A stretch of DNA of 63,970 bases, filler included, from Circinaria calcarea (lineage: Eukaryota), in assembly GCA_051942165.1 (NCBI GenBank). It is 6 parts of 6 records of this genome, joined end to end, with 100 filler letters (N's around TTAATTAATTAA, not from the genome) between each part and the next. Parts side by side here need not be neighbours in the genome. Positions count along the whole stretch, not along the records: positions 1 to 10,756 come from JAVECS010000764.1; positions 10,857 to 21,609 come from JAVECS010000765.1; 4 more parts are not named here. One strand, written 5' to 3'. A model generated the notes under the pieces. The model had not been told where the DNA came from and did no database searches. It worked only from the letters and a program-made list of their open reading frames with translations. A program made the translations under genes and the position numbers. This document shows, piece after piece, positions 1 through 13,508 of this stretch (positions within the stretch are counted from its first letter, which is position 1; every line of letters starts with the position of its first letter).

Positions 1-1950
1 ATGGCGAAGAGGGATCGGCAAAGGAGTCTTCGCGAGAAGTCTCGTGATCGAAAATTTCTTCCATCCAGCGGGCACAACGAAAGATGTGTTTCCAGCCTTC
101 GGGGAAGATTGAGACGAATTGGAGGAAGCCGTGGGAAATACCTGGAATGAGTGTAACTTCAACATGGTCTTTCTCGTCGAATTCATCTTTGGCTTCTATC
201 AGACCGAGTTCCTTTCTCTGTACAAAAAGATTATACTTGGCTTGGCGAAGTCTCCCGGCAAAGATCACGGTGTCATCGACTAGCGGATCCCGCTCGCCCG
301 TTAGAAAGTATGTTTTTGGGAACCTAGCAAGTAACGCTTCAGGTGCAAGTAGCGGTGAGAGGAGATAGTCGGTGCTGAAGTCCGGGCGGTTGTGTGGCCC
401 AACATATAGGATAATCATAGCCCGCATCATCTCGGGTGTAAGGATCCGGTCGTTAAAGTAAGAAATCATGGATGACATGGCAAGACGAGTTTTAAGGCCT
501 CCTGGTTTTGAAGCAACGACACTAGCTTGTTGATGTTTCACATCTTCTGTTGAGATGAGATGCGCCATTTTTGGCTCCGGCTTCATCGCACCGACAGCAG
601 GCACCTCTGGGCGGACGGCATTACCATTTTCGGGTAGCCGCCCTGGAGAGCTGCCGCCTTCTTCATCGTCCGACGGATGGGGTGTCTCTGCAAGCTTGTA
701 ATAATCTTCACTTTTTCTTCGAAGAATGTTCCTGTTCGTCCTCCGCATACGACGATCTTGAATCAGAGACATCTGCTCATCCGTCATCCAGTTTCCAATA
801 TTCATGTCCAAACCGGGATATATCAAGATAAGGCCCTCTGGGCGTGGCAACACTTCTTGCCCGTTCCACTGGTTTGTACTTGACATTGCGGACTGTAGAA
901 CCATCAAGACAACGCCTGTGGCAAGGTTCCCACCAGCGCTATCTCCTGTAAGGATGATACGTGGTCGAGTACCAGTCTCGAGACCCAAACAGCGACCGCG
1001 GCTAAGAATCAAAGCACGGTACACGTCAAAGCACTCATTCAAGGCGTATGGATACGGATACTCCGGAGCTTTCTTGTAATCCAGGCTCAGTACCGGTAAG
1101 CCTGTCTTGCCCGCCCATCCAATCAGCTTGTCATCGTGGGTTCGAGGATTCATTGCGACGAAACCACCGCCAGGAATATCCAGTATGACCTTTGTGTGGC
1201 TACCAATGGCGGAAAGAGGTCCGTCAAAGTAGAGCCAACCCGTGACTGGCTCTTGGTAGGAAGACCCGGGAGGTCTAGGAATTATAATCTTTCTTGGCGG
1301 ATACTTGACGAGTTTGGGTCTTGTGATTTTGGTAAAGAAGGAAAGGTAGGGCGTGGTTGATTTCTCCCAGGACACTCTTAGATGTTCGATAGTCAATGTC
1401 GCCCTTATCTTCCTGACCTTCTCGTCCGCTTGCTCGGCAGCAATGAGATAGTACACGGTGAAAATCATTGACGCCAAGTCCCGCATCCATTTGCGCCTTA
1501 TCCTCATCGCTGTCCAAAATCCGGCATCCAAGGCAGTTGTTATCCAGGTGGCGCGAAAGTACGATCGGTTGTAAAGGTTGGCCAACGGCTCGGGGCATTC
1601 GAGCCCGCAGATCTTGCCAAAGTTCCGAGATATATACAGCCATAGTAACGTAATCACGAGCGTCTGCCACGCAGTCAATCTTTTCGAGAGGACTTTTGAG
1701 AGTTTGCGCAGTAGTGGAGGGCCGTGATGATTGCCCCTAGAGAGAAACCATCAGCGAGAGTACCGGCGAGGATAGCATCGATCGCTGTGGATGACCCACT
1801 TTAGCAAGTAAAAAGACCAGAAAGAGACAACGGCAAAGACTTGGATCTTGCGGAATTTGACCGAAGGCCGGCCAAGAACATGATCTAGAGGCGAGTCAGC
1901 ATCGAAGGAGGTCAAGAACTCCCCAGAGACAGATGTAACGTACCAATCAT
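1..1950 (-). CDS. Hormone-sensitive-lipase-family alpha/beta hydrolase (spliced; 3' end runs off the window)
   Basis: Manual minus-strand translation, missing from the ORF track because it is open at the edge: MI|DHVLGRPSVKFRKIQ...LDIPGGGFVAM...LDYKKAPEYPYPYAL...TGDSAGGNLA...TGERDPLVDD...PGISHGFLQF. Gives the oxyanion GGG, nucleophile GDSAG and Asp/His motifs. 7-nt first exon ATGATTG|gtacgt at 1950-1944. Confidence 0.9.
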
Positions 1951-2684
1951 TTCTACTCCTTTACTCTACTCTATAGTGTAAGGTACGACCGGCAAGCGAA
2001 TGACTGTAGAGACGGGCGGTGAATGAACAATAAGTGATGCAAGCTATGCATGCTCGACCGCATAAAGGACGAGGACGAAGAGGAAGAGTACAATCGAGGA
2101 TCGGGAATTGCCCAGGACCGTGAGAGCAACGGAGGGAAGGTTTTCCCTCCAGACGAAATGAATAAGCAGCAGTTGACGGGCGGGAAGCGGTGACTTCAAT
2201 CACACTGGGGGGGTGGAGAGGTGAGATGTCGGGCGAAGAGGGAAGCTCCGCTGTACTGTTGCTCGAGTCCGGTCAACCATGGTCTAGGATTGGCATCACG
2301 GAGGAGGGAGGAGCGGCGCCAGTGCTGCAATGCCAATACAACGAAGGGGTAATGCAATGATAAGAAGACTGTCGCGCGCGTGATGTCGGACCTGACTCTC
2401 TGCTTACGAGACTCCCAGTGACACCGTCAAAGGAGATGCAAACGTCAAGGACGCAAAAGCATGTGAAAGGCTCCGAGAGGAACCGAGGGAGAGTTCGACT
2501 GCGGCCCTCAGGTAATGCCGGTCCCGGGTTTCTTATTTGGTCCAGGATCGTGGGGCTGGGCTTCAATGGGATCTCCATCCAAAACATTTATTCATTACCT
2601 ATCACTATGGCCTAGGTCATGGATGGCTACATTCATGCAAACATGGGTATACCCTTTCTCGACAACCTATCCAAACCCTTCACT

Positions 2685-5600
2685 CTAAGCCGTGGCCGCA
2701 ACCTCTCTCATCCCGCCCAAATTCAACCGTACAGGAGGACCCGTCCTAAGACCTCGCGGCTTCATCAACGCTTTGATCCTCTTCCTCCGTGCCTCCCCTC
2801 CCCGTTCTTCCCCGCGGCTGACGCCTTCGTCGACCCACGAAATCTTTTCGACTTTGAAACTCATCCCGTCATGCTTGTTCGTCCACTCTCGGGACTTCAG
2901 ACCATGACAAACAAGGGAGGCATAGCTTTCTAGGGCGGGTAGAATCACGAGCATAATATGCAGATCCTTGTTCGCGGGCGGGAGCATTGGCGTGGTCGGT
3001 GGCTTGGTGAGGGTCCATGTCCCCATGTTGGCATTGTCAATCTTAGGTTGCATCGTTGGTGTGTCATCGTTGTCCAGGTCCAGCATGCTAATATCAACCT
3101 GGTCGTCCCATTCGCCTTGGATCCAGCCACCATGTATGGCAGCAGCAATGGGATCGGAGTCATCCGTATAGACGTCACTTCCCCACAGTGCTCGCGTTTG
3201 GCAAATCTCCTCCCTTTCGGATTTCTGAAGATAGTACCGCGGGACTCTGACGGTAAAAATGCAATTCTCCTTTCCGTCAAATCGGGGGATGGGTCTAGGA
3301 GTACTGACATAACCAAATTTCGCATGATCAGACGAGGTGACTGAAGGGGTGCGCAGAGAAGGGGCGTAAAGCATCGAACCAAGATGGTGGCGGGGAAGAT
3401 GTTTGACGCTTGCAAGCAAACTCTTATTATCGATAGTGATGGTCGGTTTCCGAGGTTGGGGTATTATGGCCGCAGTCGGCTTCGCTCCGTGATGATGGTG
3501 GTGGTGGTGGTGATGGTGATGATGATGGGCGGGTGCTGCGCTCAATGATGAAGCTTGGGTTGGCGTATATGTTCGCTTCGTGCCGCCGGAGGTAGGGAGA
3601 CCAATGCCACTAGGCGTCGGGGTTTCGGCATGATGGTGATGATGGTGACTAGATGGCGTAAGCGAATTCCTAGCAAAAGTAGAAATATCTGAACAGGAAA
3701 CCCACTGATGACCCTGCGGATGTGGATGGTGATGGTGATGGGCGTGCCGGCCTCTCTTGGTCCCTCTGGTACTTACAGTCCGTGACTCTGCGCTCGCATC
3801 ACCGAGTCCGCCATCGTTCTTGGATTCCTCGGTTTTGACCTTCCTACCTTTCCGACCACCTCTCGAGGAAGTTCGGGGCTTGGTAAGCTCGGAAAGATCT
3901 ACTCGTCCAGTAAATGGGGTCCGTCGCGCTTGCTCCTCGATCCTTATAGGACTGGAAGGAAACGACAAAGATGCGCCACCTTCCATTGGTGCTGGAGTGG
4001 GCATGCCACTACCCACTCCACTGCCTATACCAGAAAACATTCTTGCAAATTCGTTCTTAATGCCTGGCTCACTAGCAGGTCCTTTCACTTGACCCTGCGC
4101 CCCTTGAACTGCTTGAGGGAGCGGTGAAATTCGACCCCATCGCTTACTATTGTCTAACAGAAGTCCCAGTGAGCTTTTAGACGGTTCAGGGGTACAATCC
4201 ATTGAGCTTATGCGCTGATCCACATTTGACATATTTTCTGCTCTTTCCATGGAGTGCGAGACCCGTGGTGAGTTGCGAGCCTGCCGATGATCTATTGACT
4301 CCTGATGGTGTGATGTGTTTTGCTTAGGCGATTGCCTGATCTCGCACTGCGAAGGCCCTGAACCTTGCGGTCTCGAGTCACGTAAACGTCGGAAAGCCTC
4401 TTTCATGGATGATGTGCGATTCAGATTTGCAAAGGAGTCAGGGCCTTGTTCTGGTACAAAATTTGATATACCGTTCGAGTTGAAACGGCCAGGGTTACTG
4501 GTGGGCGGTGATCGATCCTGTGGACGCGTGAGGAAAGGATAGTTCGTATCTCCTACATTCGTCGCAGGAGAAGCTCTTGGCCCAAACGGCGACTGCGCGT
4601 GGTGTGCTACTGAGCCCTCTGATTCTTTATTAATAGTATTATCCATTGTGCCCCTCTCCTCAACCGCCGGTCTATTTTCTCTTTCGGGTCTATATCCGTT
4701 CCCTCGTGGCACTTGGCTGGACCTTACAGCTTTCTCTGAGGTTTGTGGATTCCTTGTCCCTTCCAAGGTTGCAATATGTATTTGCCTGTCTACCTCCACT
4801 TCCGTCGGAGGAGTTCTATAGCCAAAATACTGGCTCGCAGTAGGATTCTCTGGCCCCATGGCGCTCGAGCGACGACCTTGGGCATCACGATAAGTTCCCT
4901 GGCTTAAACAATCCGAAATGACTGCCTGGATGGGTTTTTGATTTTGTGAGTGTCGCATTGGTGGCCCAAAGCGCAAAGCCTGTTGTGAACTGGTTCGTGG
5001 TTCAGAAGGGTTTGTCTGAGATGGTTCGCTTGTGTGAACAAGAGGTGGTCGTTTTTCCTCCGCTGACCAAAAAGTATATCTGTCAGGGGCAGCCGCCTCC
5101 TCCTTCAAGGGACAATTCCCGGCAGGAGGGTGAGGCGGCGGTGAAAGTGGGGCGAGAGGTTGGTTTCTTGGCGATGTAATCGAAGTTCCCACCGTTGAGC
5201 CATAGCCACGAGCACGAGCTGATGGCACAAGGTCCCGACTATGATTATCGGCACCAGAGCCCAGCAGAGAGGATATCGACATAGCGCTCCCAGGGCGATT
5301 TACCATCGATAGGGCGGAGATGTCGCGTGTATATGCTGCAGAGGGAGCTTGACCTCGGGGAGTTGAAGGCTGAGCATTAAATTGAGGATGCGAATACGGA
5401 GGAGAAGTCGGTGGTAACATTTGGCGGCTGCCGAAGGGAGGGGGCGGTGGCGAATGACGAGGTAGGGTAGCTAAACGAAAGTCAAGTCAGTCTTCGGTTA
5501 TAGCTCAAAAGTCCCCAGGTGCTTTGGCGCAAGTTTGTGGAGCATGCTCTCACAAGACTCGAACAAGAAAGCTAGAAGTAGCCACGGGAGTAGGGCACTC

Positions 5601-6655
5601 TACTCACTGCCATACATGATAGCTGGGTTTCCTCCGTTCAAAGAAGGCACCCTGGCGTGATCTGCTACATATCGTGCCTTGACAGTTGGTGCTTGCAACG
5701 GCGTTGAAGAAGGGGGAGGAGGTTGCGGCGGTAATGGTCGAGGTTGGTAGCGATGATGATAGCTGTCGTCTAGAAAGGGGAGCGTGTCAGCGCGGGTGAC
5801 AATTTTTAGCTTGGATCTGCAGCATGCGCTAGCAAGGATTGTGCGGGGAGTCTTAGTGTGGATGAGCGCATGGCATTTGCGGTCTGACCCGGAAAAGCCA
5901 GAGAATGAATGTGATGAGATGAGATGAGGCATATGATGGTGTCAACAGCGCAACTTCAGACGGTTCTCTTTGACGTCTGATTTCATATCGGAGGACGGCA
6001 GATGTTGTACTCAGAGGATCCCAGAAACTCGAAAAACAGTGCAATGTGAAGGGGCTCGCAGACCGGAACAACTAGAGCGAGCATGGAACCTCCTTTTTCT
6101 TGCTTCGAAAGAACCTTTGGGCAGATTTTACCTCTCCAAGTCAACGGCTATACCGAGTAGATTGGATATCATAGAGAAGGCTCGAAGCAAAAACACAAGG
6201 TAGACAACATCTCGACAGCAAACTGTAAGCTCTAGAGAGGATTACATACCACCACCGTCGTTGTGCCCGTGATCCTCCGTTCTGCCATTCATATATGTTG
6301 CATTCGCGCCGTAACTTGCCCGCCGTGGTTGGCCATGCTCCACAACGTGATTGTGCGGTACCGAGAGCGGTTTCGGAGGAAATTGAGAGGCTTGGGTGTA
6401 AGCATACGGGTTGGGTGGCTCTGTTGTATTCGGAGGGCCTCCAAGGGCGGTGTCGTATCTTTGCCGTCTTGGGAAAAAGGGATCATGATGCGAGGGAGGA
6501 TCTTGTCGGAAGATGGAGGTCTGCGACGAATACGGCGGAGGCGGTATGGGGGGATATTGCGGGACGTGGGAAACTGCTTGCGGCTGTGAATGCGATTGTG
6601 AGAGATACTGCGGCCTCGAAAATGGATGTGACGGGGTTTGCTGTCGAGGATCCAT
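2685..6655 (-). CDS. RXT3: Rpd3L histone deacetylase complex subunit Rxt3-like protein (spliced)
   Basis: C-terminal ALWGSDVYTDDSDPIAAAIHGGWI...LKSREWTNKHDGMSFKV Rxt3 motif, poly-His tracts and a long low-complexity N-terminus. Probable upstream exons ~6655-6250 (MDPRQQ...) and ~5770-5615 are less certain. Confidence 0.85.
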
Positions 6656-7637
6656 GGCCGAACGCTGTTGCTTGCTTCGAGCGCGTGACGGTTAACGAGA
6701 GGATTGGGTGGTTGCGAAGACGTGCAGTACTGCATACATCATATGTAGATCCGACATCAGGCCGTTCACAGTGGGGTAGAGTGATTCACACTCCTGGTAT
6801 GGCTCATTGTGAGATAGTGGAGGAAAAAGGGAGCAGCTGTGGGTGAAATGAAATGATCAATGGTGATCCGAGAGCGAAAGGTAAACTGCAAACATTCCCG
6901 TAATGCGTGCAAAGCGATCATCAAAGCTTAATCGAAAGAGGCTTAATCCTCGGGGCTAGATCAAGCTAGCCGCTGAGGCTTAAAGCCAAAAGGTCCGGGA
7001 ACTGGGGACTGGGATGTTGATGTGGACAATTACCGAGCGATAAAGACAGATGTTTGTCTGTGCTATGGGTAGGTCGAGTGCAAGACTGAGGACATTCAAG
7101 ATCCGAAGCGGCCCAGGGGATGCCGTATATATACAGGAAGGGGTGTGCCGTTATCAAGTTGCCGTGCGCTCTCGTTGCTTTATTTGCGGGGGCTTCGGAG
7201 TCTCTGCATTCGCTGCGACGTACCTGGCTTCATCGCGTCACTACTGTAGCACCACAGTAGATAAAATTGGCCGGAACCTGGGAGATGCTCATTAGCCGAG
7301 TACCAGCATGCAGGGATCGGCGTGCACGTGCCAGACGGGCGGACTTTGTTTGGGATGCCGATTGGGTGTCTGGTGGTAGCAACGTCAGCTGTACATGTAC
7401 AGACATTAGACAGCAAACCGATCACTCAGATAGATAGGGACGTCGTCCTGCTCGTTCCACCTTCGCTCTCAGATACTGAGGCTGTGTCTTTGACTCCAGA
7501 TGAAAGCTCGATGAGGAACGCTGCGTGAATGACTCTTCCTCTGCCCTTATGGTAAACTTGATCTTTGGCTCCTCTTTCTGATCAGTAACCTTTCTGCTCG
7601 TGTACCATCCTCGCTCAACTTCCTCAACACCCTACCA

Positions 7638-9113
7638 ATGCTACCTCTGCCGGGTGCTCCTTCGACCTCGTGGGCCATGTATAAAGCACGGCTGGGATCT
7701 CGGTTTGAGGGGGTCAACCCGAGGGTGTGCATTGCCTTCTGGCTATTCGGTGCGTAGTATCTGGGAGGGAAGGTGTCATCCCTCGCTCATAATGTCCTAA
7801 CCTTACGTCTTCAAGGGCTCATCAACAATGTTCTTTATGTCATCATCCTCTCTGCCGCTCTCGACCTCGTTGGTCCGAATGTCCCAAAAGGCGTTGTATT
7901 GCTGGCCGATGTCATCCCTTCCTTTCTGATGAAGCTGTGTGCTCCGTACTTCATTCACGTCATGCCGTATTCAATGAGAATTTTTCTCTTTGTTGTACTC
8001 TCCACACTTGGTATGCTCCTTGTTGCTCTGACACCGGCTTACACCGACGGAGGGACGATTAGCACCAAGATGGCTGGTGTGGTGTTAGCAAGTCTGTCCA
8101 GTGGTGCTGGCGAGTTGAGCTTTCTGGGTCTAACCCATTTTTATGGACCTTTCAGCTTGGCCGGTTGGGGAAGTGGCACCGGGGCTGCCGGCTTGCTCGG
8201 AGCTGGGGCGTACGCAATTGCCACGACTGCTTTGAAAATGAGTGTTAAGACTGCCCTACTGGCATCTTCGTGCCTCCCTGTGATCATGCTAATCAGTTTT
8301 TTTGTTATCTTACCGAGAGAAGTCTTACGACAGTCGGGGTATTCGACGTTGAAGGCTGGAGTATTGCACGACTTACCGGAGGCTCCGTTAGATGACCAAG
8401 AGGATGAAGATCAAGAAGGGCACTCTGTCATCGAGAGAGAAGACGAAGGCTTTCTTGCCCCCAAGAGTGCTAGACTGATGGATTCACGTGCTTCCAATAC
8501 CTGGCTGGCGACCTTTCAGACTAATCTAAAGCGTGCCCGGAAGCTTTTCTTTCCCTTGTAAGTACGTTTTTCGAGGTCTAGAAACACTCGCTGAGGCAAT
8601 ACCAGTATGCTTCCTCTCCTGTTAGTCTATATTGCCGAATATACCATCAACCAAGGTGTGGCGCCTACCTTGCTCTTTCCCATCAAGCAAACGCCATTCA
8701 AACATTTCCGTTCTTTCTATCCAACGTACAATGCCATATACCAAACTGGTGTATTCCTTTCTCGATCCTCGACGCCGTTTATCCGAATTCATAATCTCTA
8801 TCTTCCTTCAATTCTGCAGGTCCTGAACCTCGTCTTACTAACTCTGCATGCTGTATTTGACTTCATCCCAAACGTTTACATAATCTTTGTTGTAATCTTT
8901 TGGGAAGGCCTGCTCGGAGGGTTGGTTTATGTAAACACATTCGCAGAGATTCTGGACACAATTCCGAGGGAACACCGAGAATTCTCCCTGGGCGCTACCA
9001 GTGTTAGCGACTCTGGAGGGGTCTGTGTCGCAGGTTTCATCGGCATGGCTCTCGAGGTGGTCCTATGTCGATACCAGGTCGACCATGGAAGAAATTACTG
9101 CAAGAAGTTATGA
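7638..9113 (+). CDS. BTN1: Battenin/CLN3-family vacuolar membrane protein (3 exons)
   Basis: [13 protein letters not shown]...[26 protein letters not shown]...[10 protein letters not shown]...[11 protein letters not shown]...EYTINQGV...[11 protein letters not shown]...[13 protein letters not shown]; introns ~7750-7815 and ~8558-8605. Confidence 0.95.
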
Positions 9114-10678
9114 TAACGGGTTCCACATCAGTTGATGAGACTTGTCACCACGGAACGTGGAAACTAGCTCATGATGAGCTGGCGTATGTTTGGGAAATGT
9201 CGCATTTTAATAGGACGAGATAGGTATCTCAGCCCGCAGCTGCAGTAACCGTCTTCTCTTTGCCTGAAATATCTATGACGTGTATCATAGATTTAAAGAT
9301 CCCCTACGGAATGTTAGGGCAAGCAGTGGCAATTCTGAATCAAAGCAGAAAGCTCGCTTGATAAATTCCGAGACAACCCGAAGATCTTTGAGTTGAAACG
9401 AGATTGCCGCTCATGGTGGTACGGCTTGGTTATATATGGGATCAACAAACGAGAATTACGACGTCTTCGCTTATGAGTGTTAACGTTGCTAATACATTCA
9501 CTATTGGCGCTTGAGGCTTTGAGGGATGCTCCTGATACCACTCAGGTTGTTGAAGGGCTCCACTTTCAACTCGCTGAGGGACTCGATTAGGCTAGATTAA
9601 GACGCCTCTTTGTGTCTTTTTGCATAGGTTTCCCTAAGCAATCCGATACGTTCGTACGCGACTCACAAAGTAGAGAATCTTCTCTCATACGGCCACTGTA
9701 TCAGATAACTTTGAAGCAAAGGTGATCAGAGTCAGCGCGCAGGTTGAAAGCTAGGTTTATCGAAACCAAATATATCTGGGTATGTGTTTATATATCCCTT
9801 ACGCGACTATTGGAGAAATTAGACACTAAGAGAAAAACTACTAGCAAAACGAGTTCAACATTCATTGCATTTACTCCATACCCAATCCCCTTGATATTCT
9901 ATTCAGCATCTGGTTGCAGTGCTTGACCAATCACCTTCGCCTTCATGAATCAGCCACACGGTCTTCCACTGCCGAGTAGCAGTAATACAACAGGGACATG
10001 GCAATAGCTCACTGCTACACAACTATACCGACATTGACACAGTTATAGCCACACATCAAGACACCAATCCGCGCTGAGATCATGCAAGCTACAGGGTCGC
10101 TAGAAAACCCATCCAGGTAAGCCACTTCCCATTGGTATGCACATACCCATACTAAGGTGGCATACTCCAGCTCTACAGTGGCCGAAAATGCCTATCCAGG
10201 CGTCTGAAGATCGGCATACAATCGTGGCCAGGGATCAAGTCGCCAATGCTATTGGGAACCCACTGACAGCAGTGATTGAGGATCCGTGCTATGATTTACG
10301 GCTAACAGCCAGAGTTATTAGTCCCGCTACGAGCATCTCTGATTTATAACTCTGAGTCCCTCCGGTTTACACCCTTCAGTTGACTCGCTAGACAAGTGTC
10401 CCAATTCCGCGACGTTAAATTCGTTAAACTATGACAAGGCACTTTGCTGCGTTATAGCCGCGAGAGCGCAAAGGAGGCGACCCGCTGCTGTTGCCAAACT
10501 GCTTCTACACTAACCCAGAGGTGTCTGGACGTCATTCTGGCACCATACCCGACTGCGAGGTGTACGGTCGTACTTCCCTGCGGTATAGAGTTCGAAAAAG
10601 AAAGTAGCGGCCGCCCTCGTTTAGCTTAGAGGAAGGGATTGGAAAGGCAAGGAAACCGGTAAAACGTGGGGGATCTAG

Positions 10679-10756
10679 GCGGGTTGAGGACGCGGGTTGA
10701 GGACGCGGGTTGAGGACGCGGGGAGGAGATTCTGTGGGGACGCATGGGGGACGCGG
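10679..10756 (+). repeat. G-rich minisatellite (GCGGGTTGAGGAC x3 plus degenerate copies) at a contig end
   Basis: Three exact 13-bp units at 10679-10717, then GGGGACGC variants up to the gap. Confidence 0.85.
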
Positions 10757-10856
10757 NNNNNNNNNNNNNNNNNNNNNNNNNNNNNNNNNNNNNNNNNNNN
10801 TTAATTAATTAANNNNNNNNNNNNNNNNNNNNNNNNNNNNNNNNNNNNNNNNNNNN
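10757..10856. other. Artificial contig linker
   Basis: 44 N + TTAATTAATTAA (stops in all six frames) + 44 N. Confidence 0.98.
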
Positions 10857-11052
10857 AACAGCCTGCCTATATACTGAGGTTGCTTCCCTTGCTCCCGTTG
10901 CTCCCGTTCTGCCCGTCGTGAGCAACCGCACTGCTCCCTATGCTCCCTATGGTTACACAGAGCACCAGTGTAAGCAACCCGGAGTATTGTTCCTCCCTCC
11001 GGAACTTACCCCTCCTGTCCTTAGTGCATGTCATGGTGCTGGCGCCATAACA
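10857..11052 (-). mobile_element. Partial LTR of an LTR retrotransposon, truncated by the contig end
   Basis: Minus strand starts TGTTATGG, contains GTGTAACCATAGGGAGCATAGGGAGCAGTG, further GGGAGCA repeats and a TATATA box; same layout as 53810-54145. Confidence 0.6.
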
Positions 11053-11461
11053 CATACAAAGTCGAGGTCAAGATTACTTGGAAAACAGGTAACTCGGTTC
11101 AAGCGACATTCTGGTAACTGGATCAAACCCCGAGGAGAAGGTTGGTTGGTTCTGCCTTTGATAAGTACTGCTTATACCATCTGGGAGATCACAGTACACT
11201 CCCTTCCATGCGTCGGTTGACCATGCTGGGGCAGGTACGGTAATACGTTGTCCCTGTTTCTCTCTCCAAGGCGATTCGAGGTTTAGAGCTTGTTATAGTA
11301 CTTGCTCCTTGACGGTAGATAGTCACCTAGCAAGAAATCATTCATGATGGCGGTTGTTGCTAGGACACTGACACAGTGGCTAAAGTCGGTTTATGGATCC
11401 ACATATAGAAGCTGAAGTCAGCGAGTGACAACCCAGCTGTATCTCACTCCGTATGATATAC

Positions 11462-12574
11462 TTAATCATCCAAAGCTCGTCCAAAGTCTATCAAACGTAG
11501 CTTTCTCGCATCCCGCGGATGAAACTGAGCCACCTGCGCTCTAACCAAGAAGCGTGCAGCTGCCGAATCTCTCGAAAGAGTCACATATTTCCCCGAAGTC
11601 CCGTCTTCTACAGCTTCATTGAGAAGTTCTTCCGTCAAAGCGCGCATCTCTGCTGCAGCAGCTTCTCGCTCGCTTCGATGACCTTCTCCCACTTCGGCAT
11701 CCTCAGACTGACCCCAGATCTGATCTATCCGTCGTTGTCTTTTGGTCTCATTGGAGCTTTTCGTAGGCTTCATCTTCCTCGCTTTCCCCTGTTGGCTGAA
11801 TCCAGCTTCCAGAACATCATCGGTTACCTCAAGAAGGTCTCCTACCACGGGTCCACCCAGTTCTTCAGCAGCTAGCATGCCCGCTAAATGCTCATTGATG
11901 AACTTGACCAAAGCCTTGATGAGCTTTTTAGTTTCCTTTTCGTAGTTTGTTTTGCGGGTCTGCTGTTCCTGGATTGTGGCGTTTGCGACCTCTTCAGGCG
12001 TCTTTTGGGACTTCTCGTTATACTCGAGCTGAAGATTTTCGACTCGCTTTTCAAGGGCATCGGTCAGCAAACGGGCATCTTTAAGAGTTGCTTTTTCGTC
12101 GCTGAGTTGCTGACGGGCTATAGTCAACTTCTCATGGGTAGTCTTGATGGATATCTTGGTCTCTGCAATGAGCTGATGGGCAGTCCGGACAGCAAGCAGA
12201 GCCGGTAGAGCAGAGTCACACGAAGGTAGCGAAGGCTCCGCTGCTGTCAGGTTGTCGTATGCTGTCTTGACGACACGCAGCTGTCGAAGTCGTTTATGTG
12301 GGTCTGGGGATGGCTGATCGATCATATCATGTCCATTTGTTGCTTTGAGCTAGAGAAACATCTCAGTGACGGCCCTGCAAAAGCTCATAATCAAACTCAC
12401 GGCGGCAATGGCGGCCTTTTGCTTTTCCACCAGATTCTCAAGTTCCCGAGTGGTTTGATCAATGCGAGCTTCATGTGCCGCTTTTACGGCGTTAGACGCA
12501 GCATCATACTCGGTTTTTTTGATCTTGCTAGCATACAACTGCAGATTATGTAAAGCTTGGGGCTGCGTTGCCAT
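11462..12574 (-). CDS. Centromere protein K (CENP-K/Sim4)-like kinetochore protein (2 exons)
   Basis: Long coiled-coil protein ending YVTLSRDSAAARFLVRAQVAQFHPRDARKLRLIDF, resembling the CENP-K C-terminal motif; intron ~12400-12350. Confidence 0.75.
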
Positions 12575-13508
12575 TGTAGAGCTCGAGATAGACTCAACCA
12601 ACTCCCATGCATTCCAATACGACGTTGTCTCACATGTGCTATTTAAGAGGAACGAGTGGCACACATTTCAAGGCCCTCTACAGACTGCATCAATGAAATG
12701 AACGAGGCATTTCTCAAATAAGAGAATATGTTACCGCCAATTGTATTGAATCATCTGCAGGACCTTGCCATATACCACGAGTTCCGGGAGCAGATCCGTT
12801 GACAATCGACAAAGGCGGAATCTCAGCCGCGTAAAGCACCCTAGTCCGCATTAGGTTAGCGCCCGTACAGCTCCTCAATTCACGAACTCCCAAGCCATTT
12901 CCTTCTTTCCTTCGCGTTCTTCAACCTGCTTTCCTGAAGAGAGGCCAAAATTCACCCACTCGACCGTGAACGCTTAGGGGAGAGAACGGAGTCAAACTTA
13001 TCACTATCAGCACGTCCTGCTATCCCGGAGAAACTACAAAAGGTTTGAATTAGGGAGGATCCTGTGCGGGGGTTTCTTACAACCTCTCCAAGAATATTTT
13101 CAAGCCGTCCCTCACAATCACTCAGCACCTCTCGAGCCTCCCACAAGTACATCTCACGTCTCACACGCCTGTCGCCGTACTGCCCTCAGTCCGAACTCCG
13201 CACTTCCTCTTGCAATCATTGTGCTTGCACTTGGCCTCTTCCTCGCTATCACCTACACTACACCTCCAAATCATTCAAAGCACAACACCGTCATCCGATC
13301 CTCCTATCACCGCAAGTCCTCCCCGTCACTTGCGAACACCAGAGTGTATTCCGCTTGCCTACCCGATCCACTGCACCAGCACGTTTTCCTTGGAAACCCC
13401 CTGGTGTATATAGGCAATCAATCAAAATACTTTCAACCAGACGACCGTGCATAACTGATCCCTCCTTCGATCAATTGAGTGGAAAGAGATATTGATAAAC
13501 AGGCAACA

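Noticed and set aside
1275..1670. 131-aa minus-strand ORF as a separate gene
   Set aside because: Alternative frame of the HSL-family lipase exon; the lipase motifs are in another frame.
9114..10678. Short ORFs downstream of BTN1
   Set aside because: No recognisable motifs or consistent splice structure; treated as intergenic or relic sequence.
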